The translations under genes and the position numbers were made by a program. Positions 53,109 to 63,743 of a stretch of DNA of 63,743 nucleotides are shown piece by piece (the first letter of the stretch is position 1; every line of letters begins with the position of its first letter). The notes beneath the pieces were generated by a model. It worked only from the letters and a program-made list of their open reading frames with translations. It searched no databases and had not been told where the DNA came from. The stretch is from Welwitschia mirabilis (lineage: Eukaryota): positions 6,155,517 to 6,219,259 of the forward strand of contig JBOZIK010000001.1 in the NCBI GenBank assembly GCA_051453625.1, in the 5' to 3' direction.

Positions 53109-54721
53109 TATTGCAGTGTAAGTTTATGCAATCTTGAAGTCCTTTAGGTAAACCTATAAATCATAACTTGTAGAAAACACATACTATATAAAAGAAGTTC
53201 ACCTGAATGTCATAATCGAATAAAGGCACTAGACTTAAAGTTAGAGAATTAATTTTTCCAAAGTATTTTTAGTCTTTTTGTCTTATAAAAACTAAAATAA
53301 AATACATAAGTAAANNNNNNNNNNAATATGAAATGCAGTCAATGGAAATGGAAATAGATCCTACTTAGATCCTAGTCTTTCTGTCACAAAGACTACTTTC
53401 TCTATAACTTATATCAATTAAGAAGATCATCCACTAGTTTTTAACCACTATAAACTATGAGATCTATCCAAGTAAGAATATGTAACATTCAAGATGACAT
53501 GAGATGGAATGTAATGTAAGTCTACTACTATGAACCAAGGTCAACCTTAATAAAGGTTACCCCTATGATCTAAATAAATCACAGATCTGTCACGCAACTA
53601 TGATGAACTTAAACCATAAGAGACATTCACAATATTGGAATAAGAAATTGTATTAACTCAAAGAGTATTCAGAACATACATCCACTTACAATCAAAATAG
53701 CATCATCTTAATGAAAGAGACTCAGCCTAACACCAAGGAGACTCCTTTCTATAACACTGGATGGACCTCTTGATCTTCAATCCTCTGTCACAAGTATTGG
53801 GTACAAAATATGGTTTAGAAGTAAAGGAGAGTAGGGTATTTATAGTTTTATAATGAAAGTTCTAGAACTATAACCCTAGATGTTAGTGAAGAAAACCCTA
53901 ACAGCCCATATGGGTCATTTGACCCCATTTACAATAATATTTATTTTAGAACATGTAAAAATAGTTGTCGTCTTGACTATCATGGGAATAACTCTAGGGA
54001 CAACACTAGGTGTTACCTGCCTCCATGAGTTCCATGTGCTATTATCAGCCCTGCAAGTTATCTGCTTATGTTACTGGTGTTGTCATCCTAGCTGTCGTGT
54101 GGACGACATAGGAGATGACACTCCTAATACTCCATGTGCTCCATGTGCTGTCATGTACTGCCATGTCATGATGGGTAGCAGAGTTATCGTCCTGACTATC
54201 GTGGGGAAAACAGTGGGAACGATACCTATGCCAAGCTCTTCAAGTAGAGTAAATTAGCCTTCTTCGCCCTTAGTCTTTTTTCAATATGCTAAGTATCAGA
54301 ACTTGCCTGAAATGCCTCAAATTATGTTAAGAATTACGTGTTTCTGTGATCATCCTATCATCTCTCCATAATCAGTAGAATTATATCTAAACTTATATAA
54401 ATGTTTTGCAAAAGTACTCCAAATACACCATCAAATTCTTATAAATTGGCATTGCAACATAGCCCCCTATTTAGCCTTGTTAGTCCCTAACAAAGTAGGT
54501 GATCAACTAGATTACGAGTTAATTTGACTAAAATAATCATTAACTAAAGAAATGGAATTTGAGTTCTATTTATCATGCAGGAATAGATGACAATAATTCA
54601 TTAATACAATTACCATCTTAGTCATAAGCCCCCTACTTAAACACATCATAATAGACCAAAAAAATGTCATACACATAAGCAAATCATAGAATGTAATAGT
54701 GATAGTTTAAAAAAAATACTA
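53109..54721 (-). mobile_element. Gypsy/Athila-like 3' LTR (53109-54459) plus PPT-side internal sequence, inserted in the SIRE integrase
   Basis: On minus, starts tgttgcaatgccaatttat..atggtgtatttggag, similar to the 30797 solo LTR; preceded by gggactaacaaggctaaatagggggcta (PPT); ends caata. Interrupts integrase after IQNEKDC. Confidence 0.7.
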
Positions 54722-57700
54722 NNNNNNNNNNNNNNNNNNNNNNNNNNNNNNNNNNNNNNNNNNNNNNNNNNNNNNNNNNNNNNNNNNNNNNNNNNNNNNN
54801 NNNNNNNNNNNNNNNNNNNNNNNNNNNNNNNNNNNNNNNNNNNNNNNNNNNNNNNNNNNNNNNNNNNNNNNNNNNNNNNNNNNNNNNNNNNNNNNNNNNN
54901 NNNNNNNNNNNNNNNNNNNNNNNNNNNNNNNNNNNNNNNNNNNNNNNNNNNNNNNNNNNNNNNNNNNNNNNNNNNNNNNNNNNNNNNNNNNNNNNNNNNN
55001 NNNNNNNNNNNNNNNNNNNNNNNNNNNNNNNNNNNNNNNNNNNNNNNNNNNNNNNNNNNNNNNNNNNNNNNNNNNNNNNNNNNNNNNNNNNNNNNNNNNN
55101 NNNNNNNNNNNNNNNNNNNNNNNNNNNNNNNNNNNNNNNNNGACAGCATTAAAAATAAGTTGTTTGGATAGATTAGAAAATTTCCACAAAGATCTAACAG
55201 TAATCAATTAGTGGAAAAGTAGTAGAAAAAACAGAAATATGGTAAAAAGTGAAGAAATATTCAGAAAGACATGACCATTATGAAAGAAGCATCATGAGAT
55301 AAAATAATGTAGGTAGTAGAAGAAAGTAATGCATTAGAAGTATGCCTCTAATGTGTCCTAGAAATCATGAGAGTTCAAAATCTATAAGTGGATATACGAA
55401 AAGCCACAAAACCACAAAACCATAGGTTAATTAAAATCCTAGGTCATGTAAAATGAAATTTCTTTAATTTAACTAACTAGATATCAAAATTTGAACTATA
55501 CATGTTAACATATCTAATAAATTAAAAATAAGTTCATAGTTATTAAATGTCTGATAATATTAGCTTGAATAAGGAACATNNNNNNNNNNCATAGTATTAC
55601 AAAGATGATGATCTAATCATACCTTTCTACATCAATAGGATAATATAAGACTACCAAGAAAACCTTTATAATTAGCATACCTTGACATCTTCAATTCCAA
55701 GGTTGCTAATGCAATACTATGACAAAAAATGAATATTGAAGTAGTGCATTATTTTTTAGATTGTTAAAGACATACTAAAAAATTAGTAAAAATGTAATAT
55801 GAAGGTAGAACAAGGTCTACTACATCAATATCAAGCTCTATATTGATATGTCTATAAATTATCCATGTTATCAACATAGTAGCAAATGAAAATTAAAGAA
55901 AAATAAAAATAGGAAACACAAATAATCAGCACACAAGAATTTATATGATTTGGCATCTATCTCACCTAGATTCATAAGAAAGTAGTGCAAACTTGTATTT
56001 TTGAAATCAACATAAATAAGATTCACAAGGTAAAAATGGCCTTTTTAAGAGAATAAAATCCTATTTTCCTTCTATGGAGAGAACAGGGGAAATCCTAAGA
56101 ACAAATAAATTTCAATGTATTTTAAATTGACCTAATTGAAAAAGATACATCGTAAAACATGCTTTGTGTGATTTTGAATTTTAACCACAAAATCGAACAT
56201 AAATATCAATTTAACAGTATAAGAGTGTGATTAAAACATAGATTTGGCTTCACATCCAATGAATTACACCAATAATCCTAATGATCCACCTTTCATTATG
56301 AAGTAGAATTCAACTCAATTATGCTTCATGTAGTGCTTTTGACATCCTAGAACATGAATAACCGATGGCATCAACTCCTCTATTAAGTTCACATGCTACT
56401 TTATCATACTCTTATATCAATAACAAGCTAACACTTTTTGGTTATCTAACCAAAACCACATATGGTAGGGATATCTCCATCATGAGCCTTAATCAAATAT
56501 TTTTCTATTATGTCCTTCTATATGTATGTTTTTCAACTCATAACTTTATAAAGTCTATAATAAAATTTCTGAAGAGAGAAGACAGAAGGTATTTTAGACC
56601 CTTTATATCCTTCTTCACACTTATTTAAGGAAATATGGAACTTTATTCATTTTAAGAACCTTATGAAATCCACTATCCAATTATGTAAAAAGATAAAATA
56701 AGCATATGACCTAAGGCCTCTAAAACCTTCAAATGTTTTTTTTACACCTCCTACCTATAATGTAATAGCTTAAGTATCACACTTATGTTATGAAGTAAAA
56801 TGAACAACAATTCAAGGGATATATGCTCTAATTAAGTATGGAGAAAATTCAAGACCAATATGACATTATGATGCTCATGTTTATGGTTGTACCTTACTAT
56901 GTCAAACATCACATTCTATCACATGAATTACAAATATATTCTTATGAATGAAATATTTGTATGTTAACTAAAACAGTTTTAATCCTTGCAACTCAAGTAT
57001 TTAGCTATCTTACACTACCTTGAATTTTTTAATTTTTCTATGCATGTGTTTAACTATGAATAAAACTAGCTGATAATGTGTTTGAAAGGTAAAAAAAATA
57101 AAACACTTTAACATAGAATAATTTAGATATTTTCTTATATTTTCCTTTGTGAATAACTTATATTTTTTTAGGTTAATTCAAACTCATAAGATTTTTCAAT
57201 AAGTTAGACCTATTTAAGTTATAGATGATAAAGTTATTTAAGCTTTAGAAGAGAAAGAAGGACTTTAACCATAAAACAATAAACATGCAAGTAAATTTGG
57301 AGACCACAAAGAGATAGATCTATGCTATAGCAAGACTCCTGCAACTATTTCTAGAGGATTAACTTTTTTCACTTTATGAAATGTATATTTTTGATTTGAT
57401 AATTAAATAGTCAATAATGTGGACGTTTTCTAGTGATATTGCATTTTATTATCTTAAGACTTGGTCAAATTCTTATTTCATCAACACCTTGGGAACAAAG
57501 GTTGTGATTTATCAAGTATTTCAGTGGACCACTAAGAATATCAACATGAAAATAAATAAGATCTGTTATTATTTGCAAAATAGATTACATATATTATAAA
57601 TAATAACCAATTTAAAATGTAAATCATTACAAATTCAAAAATTTTTTATTCTCACTTACATGATCAGAAGGGGCACTAGAATCTTTACCTTGTTACTTAT

Positions 57701-59207
57701 ACTCTATATATGTCTAGTGTTTATGTTTGCTCTTGCACTTTATACCATGTTATACTTCTCAACATTACATTAGTCATTTCTTTAAAGACAAATTGGATTT
57801 TAACAAAAGCAATAAAAGCAATGACATTTTATTAATAGATGTTTTTGATTCATATATATTTTTTACATAAAGAACATTGAGTCACTTTTAAATTGTGAAT
57901 TTTTACATTTGTTGTATACTATTTGTGAAGTTAGTAATATTGTAAACACAAACATTATAGATAGTATGAATATGATCCAACCTAATATATTTTTTTTGCT
58001 TATTTTTTCCTTGATAACATTAACCAATGTGCATTGGGGAACTGCATCGATAGCATAGAATTTAGCCAAAATCCTTTCATTTTCCTCTCAATTTCCTATA
58101 TTTATCATATCATCACAAAATTTTAGGATATTCACTACAATAATAAAGACATATATCATACTTTTCATGTTAGTCATGTTATCCTAGGAAATTTTGTAGG
58201 TGAGTCAAATCCATCTGACATGGCCAAAAGGTATAAATGCAATGGAATATTATTAAGAATTATTCTATTCTTCTAAAATAAATTAGTAGTCATACAATAA
58301 TGCTATCAATTACTTTAATGTTAGCATGATTCCTAGCTTTAAGCTTATTAACATCATCTTTGTTTCTATATGAATGTACTTTATTTATAACTATATTAAA
58401 CACCTTTCTTGCTAAGGCTAAATCATCCTCATCAGGCCTTCAGAATGAGTAAAATGTTATAAAGCCATAAATAAACATAAAATTATGAAATTATATTAGA
58501 GAATAATATCAATTTAATACCTTTCTCCTTGCATTTCCTTTTTTTCTTTGTGAGCCTTATTTATAATCTTATTTATAAAAGACTCATCCACAAACCATGA
58601 TCAAACCACAATTAAAACTAAATTAAATTAAAACAAATAAATCCATGGTGGTGAACATAAAAAAAAACCAATGTTACATACAAGTATTTGTAATATCATT
58701 TAGGGATAAATTATTTGATGCATAACTACTAGAATCTAAGCTATGATTGTGAGCTTAATATTGGGTTAGAATTTGTATAATGTCATGTGCCTTTAGAATG
58801 TTACATTGACACTTTATATTATGTAACATAAAGATATGTCTGACATGGTTCAAGTTTCTTGAAAACTTTTTGGAAAAATATGGTATGAATAAGATTATAC
58901 ACATGCAATATTCTAGCATCCATCAAACAAAATGCTAGCATCTTTATGAATGTTCATAGTATCTAATCTAGATTTTCAAGATTTGATTCTAGGTGTATGA
59001 AGAACAAATGTTCATAATTACACATAATCATGTTTCACGATATTTCAAGTTCTAAACAATGTATAGGCTTTTGCTTAGGCTTTTGAAAAGCACAATAATA
59101 CTATAGAAGCCTATACAAAAGAAAGAAGAAAGAAAAAAAGGTAATCTTTGATTTTTTAATGCATGAAACCTCCATAAGATTAATGTTTTGAAATGACTTT
59201 GATTAAT

Positions 59208-62200
59208 GCCAAGGCATGTATAAGAAACACAGTTCAAACCTCCAATATCTAAAAATCATTCGATGAGACAATTAAAATTCAAAAATAATATGGATAGTAA
59301 TACCTTGTCATTTTGTTATTGCTGCTTCTTAGTTTTTCTGTGTCTTTTCTTTTTATGTTTATCAAATTGTGAATCTAATTTTTGCTTAATTTTAACTTGG
59401 TATTTGTCTAACCTTTCCATCTGCTTTTTCTTTTCCTTATTTGACCCTAAATCATGTTTAATTAATGTGTCCTTTGGATCCATTACTTAAAAACCTTCTA
59501 AAACACCATAAACATTACATAAATATATATACTGAAATAATAAATTCACTAAATATCTAGCTTTCAAAATGATAGCATTAGAAAAAGATAAAAATGGTTG
59601 TTACAAGTTTAAGGATTGAAAAAAATAAAAAACTAAAATTAACTAGAAAAAGTTAAAATGCTAGAACTAATATAAATACACTTATTACTGTATTTGATGA
59701 AACACTACTAAAAATAGCATAAAATTTCCACATTTATTAAGATTACTATACCTTAGGGACTAAAGAGTTTTATGACACTATGTATAGAAAGAGGTGATTT
59801 GATGCTTATGAATATCTAGTTGATATGATTATAGCTATCATTTGTGACCATGAGATATCTATTCTCTTGAGCTAAATTATTATTGTTACTAATTTAGGTG
59901 GAATTAGGAGTATGCACATCCACTCAACTAATGGTATAGAGAAGTGTGCTTATGGTGTAGCATAGGACATACTAGCTGATATGACTAATGATAGGTAAGG
60001 AGTTTTAATGATACATTTATCATTTACCTATTGGATTATTCATAGAGGATTGATCCACAACATCAACCCTTCCTTCCATGATAGTTATGTCATGGTCACT
60101 CATATTTAGATGTTAGTAGTATTCAGATAGGGGGAGCAAATGGTTTACTGACCTTAATTGAGAGGATACTTAGGAGCATGATTGAGGCTTGACAATTACA
60201 GACTTTAGGATATCCTTGCCTTCTCTTAGCTGTGTCTAAATGCATTGATATACCTAAGCCTATAAGAAAGAAAAAACTCATGCATCTTCAGACTTTAGCT
60301 TGTTACCTATAAAACATGTGCATTCAGATTTTAGAAGAGGTAGAGAGACCTTAGGTATAGAGACATACGATTGGTATCACCCTTGAGCAGATTCAGGCTC
60401 TCCTAGTAGACATTGAAAAGAGAATTAGAGCGATAGTACATTAAATTTTTACCATGCTTGAGTAGAGGATATCTAGAGTTGATAGAAAAGTTTAGCACAC
60501 CTAAGAGTAGTTGACTGATATGTGTCAACACATATTACGCATTGAGCACAGTGTAATACTTAACCTTCCAGAGGTAGTCAGAGTAAAGGAAGATGAGATA
60601 ACATACTCCATTATGACATCACTTAATCCTTATTTTCTTGTAGATCCTGAGCATCCTCCTTCTTCTATACCTGTAGCTAAGCCTATTGTGCATTAAGAAT
60701 TCACTTTGGCACTATGAAGGGAGTGATTTATTATGTTGTATTATGTATCTTTCCTCTATATATTGTATTAAAACTTATTATTTTATATATAGACATGATT
60801 TTTAAGCATTATCATTATGTCCATATTTTATTTTTGAAATATTATTGCACTCAACTAGGTAGCTTGATTAAAATGTTAGAAGAAAATAAGTTACTCTTAA
60901 CCTATTTTTCAATTCATAATTTAAAAACATGGGAAGAAGACTAAAATTTGAATAATTAACTTTAAGAACATAAAATTAAAAATTCAAATAAACCATAATA
61001 TCATTAAAAAATTCTAGTAAATAAAAAACTAGTAAGCATTAAAACCAAGTCATACATGCCTTTTCTCACTAATAGACTCAACATGGGTGGTTTATATGAT
61101 CTAGTTCCTGACATGGTAAATGCACCAATAATGCATAACCTAACTCATACATGATGCACCACATTTTGAAACACCATATAGGGGTACATTGAAGTAACAC
61201 AACATAATCACCTGGTTGTATCAATGGCATTTATGCAACCTTTATAAGATATGTAAGGTGGACTATTTCCTTACTAGCTCTTTACTTAATTCATGTACAA
61301 AGGAGTCACTGAACATCTCTAATTTGCCTTATTAGAGTTCACAATATTGTTGTCTTTTTTGCATCTCTTGTAGCGCAGGTAAGGTTTTATAACTTACTTC
61401 TTTCCTCATTTTAACTCTGTTGTTATTCCTTTCTGCATTCTATAATTTTCCTTGTAACTTCTGAAAATTTTTTTATCTTTATCTTTAATAAAAATAATGT
61501 TGTGATCATTTATAATATTGAAAATATCTGTCATCTAATAATGTTAACGAATTTTTATAAGATACTAAATCTCTTTTACTCTATTGATATGTTGTTAAAC
61601 CTAAAGCTACCAAATAATGTTTGGGTAGTAGCTTAGAGGGTTATATGTAGTTTTTAATTTATCTAGTCATGTCTCTCATCACTTAAAATTTAAATGTAAT
61701 TACTAGTTCATTTCACTTTCTAATGCTTACATGGAAACCTCTAAGATTATGTTCCTTGTTTTACTTTATCTCATGCAAACTTAATGGTTTGATAGTAATA
61801 TGACAATCATACTTAATTAGCATACAACATACTTTTGCATGTACAAGTGAATCCAATTCTTACTAGTTTTTTATTTACTAGATTTTTTTTAAATGATTTT
61901 ATGGTTTATTTGAATCTGCAAGTATATGTTCTTAAAGCTAATTATTTATCTTTTAGGTTTCTCCTCATGTTCTTCAATTATGAATTAGAAAACAAATCAA
62001 GAGAGACTTGTTTTCTTCTAACTTTTTAATAAAGCTACCTAGTAGATCTTGGAAATGGACTATAAAAATTTTGTGCTATTTTCCATTAGTGTTCCATCAA
62101 ATATATTATTATTAAGTTTATCTATGTTAGTTCTAATATTTTAACTTTTTTAAGTTAATTTTAATTTCTCATTTTTTAACCCTCACACTTGTAACATTCA

Positions 62201-62531
62201 TTTTTATCTTCTTTCTAATGCTCTCATTTTGAAAGATAGATATTTAGTGAAATTATTTTTTTAGTATAATTATTTATGTCATGTTTGTGATGTTGTAGAA
62301 GATTTCTAAGTAATCGCTCTAAAGGACACATTTGTTAAACATGATTCACTTGAGTAGGAATTAGATTTACAATTTGATAAACATAGCAAGAAAAGACATG
62401 GGAAACCTAAGAAGTGGAAACAACAAAATGACATGGTATTACTATCGATATTATTTTTGAATTTTAAGTATCTTATGAAATGATTTTTAGATATTAAATA
62501 TTTGAACCATGTTGCTTATATATGTTTTGGT
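59208..62531. repeat. Long interrupted inverted repeat: left arm 59208-59727 plus 60853-61059, right arm 61838-62531
   Basis: Reverse-complement matches such as aattcactaaatatctagctttcaaaatga (about 59543) vs tcattttgaaagatagatatttagtgaa (about 62224) and ctagtaaataaaaaactagtaag (about 61014) vs cttactagttttttatttactag (about 61859). Confidence 0.85.
61060..61300 (-). mobile_element. Possible PIF/Harbinger transposase remnant in the inverted-repeat spacer
   Basis: YKGCINAIDTT (FKGCIGAIDGT-like, about 61215-61247) followed by FQNVV. One short motif only. Confidence 0.35.
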
Positions 62532-63230
62532 TGTAACACCCTAACTTTAATTACCCTAATTAAACATAATTTTTTTAAGCATTATTAACTAACATACACA
62601 ACAAAATGAAGGATTGAATCCTAATTAGATCCTATTAATACATTATAATATTTAAAATAATTAAATAACATAATTATTACTTAACTATAGAATCTTTTGA
62701 TTTACATACAATAATGTTGTTAAAATTGTATCCTATATTTATTTCTAACTTTGTTTTCACCACATAAATGTCTTGTATAAAGTTGATGGAACGTTAACTT
62801 GTTTTATCACATACAATGAATAAGTTTTAGGATAATGCCTAACTAATATGATAGGAGGTTGTATCTCCTATTAATGGCATTCCAACTCAATAACTGGCCA
62901 TCCTCCAGGCATAAGTTGATTCTACTTCAGGTTCTAGACTATACGAACATGGTTGGGCTCAACTCCAAAGGCTTAAACTTTACCTCGATATACCCCTAAT
63001 ACAGGTGATAGGTAGTACGTGAGGTGGACGCATGCTTACAAGTGACCCCCACTTTTTTGAAGCATTTCAAGATGATGCAACATGATCCTTTGATATCAAG
63101 AGCTTGAGATATTAAGTTGGAGGAAGTCCATGCATGGGTAGGGCAGGATACTAGTGATCAGATCCACTTCCAGAAGGGTTTGGAAGTAAAAGTATAATGC
63201 AGTCCACCTTGGTGATAAAATTTAAGTATG
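62532..63230. mobile_element. Probable Gypsy LTR fragment
   Basis: Starts TGTAACACCC exactly where the inverted-repeat arm similarity stops; far end not defined. Confidence 0.35.
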
Positions 63231-63743
63231 AGGATGAATAATTATTGAGTTGGTTTAATTAAATAAATACATCATACAAACACAAGCATACAATATGTGT
63301 ATATTTAATGGATTGTTTACCTAGCAAAAATAATTGTAGTTATCATTGGGTTTATTTCAAGAAAATAATCTTACAAAAGAAAAATATAATGTATAAGCAT
63401 CTTTTTAGTTTTACATAAAAGAAAATCACACATTTTTAGAGTGTAGTAATGAAAATAAATGAAAGAATACATTGCTTCATTCTTCTACATTATAGTAACT
63501 GTTTCAAATAAGACACATTAATGCATATAAGTTCTATCGTAAAAACATGCTTCATTTATAAAACTGAGCCAACTTGAAAATCCTCTTTAACATTGCTAAG
63601 TGTCTACATAAGAATAGGGCTAGGTAAAATATATGCATATCTTATTAGAAAAAAATATTAATGAAGCTAATTAATTAGGCAATACATCTCTAGAATCATT
63701 AAGTAGACATCCCTAATGTTTATGCATGAAAGGAAAGAATAAG

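Noticed and set aside
53880-54257. 125-aa ORF with repeated GTT/IVV motifs
   Set aside because: Lies within internal repeats of the Gypsy-like LTR; no protein family recognised.
55860-58700. Reversed LTR-like end near 55867 and weak transposase-like ORF 57863-58069
   Set aside because: No paired termini, TSD or convincing motifs; left as unclassified TE debris.

Overview
AT-rich, CpG-depleted plant (angiosperm-like) nuclear scaffold with several N-gaps; nothing here is prokaryotic. The only host gene is the 3' end of a bystin (BYSL/ENP1, 40S biogenesis factor) on the + strand (exons 4752-4898, 5093-5165, 5249-5318, 7661-7734). Its last intron is a minor-spliceosome U12 AT-AC intron (5319-7660) carrying an antisense LINE fragment. 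The locus has been duplicated at three scales: (1) an intron+exon block in tandem (about 118-2786 vs 3197-4804) whose two exon copies carry complementary defects, (2) a 116-bp tandem copy of the terminal exon, and (3) a ~2.15-kb inverted copy of the intron 45 kb away. The rest is decayed, nested transposons: Copia remnants, a near full-length degenerate L1 LINE (about 17.3-21.5 kb), a 19.1-kb CACTA/En-Spm element (22771-41905), an intact-ended TRIM-like element (43963-45474), a Copia>SIRE>Athila-like nest (47.8-55.8 kb) and a long interrupted inverted repeat (59.2-62.5 kb). The CACTA element carries a three-exon, intron-containing fragment of a host eEF1B-gamma gene next to a second, unidentified exon chain (Pack-CACTA gene capture). 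Most ORFs in the supplied track are spurious or gap artefacts. All alignments and motif matches were made by eye.
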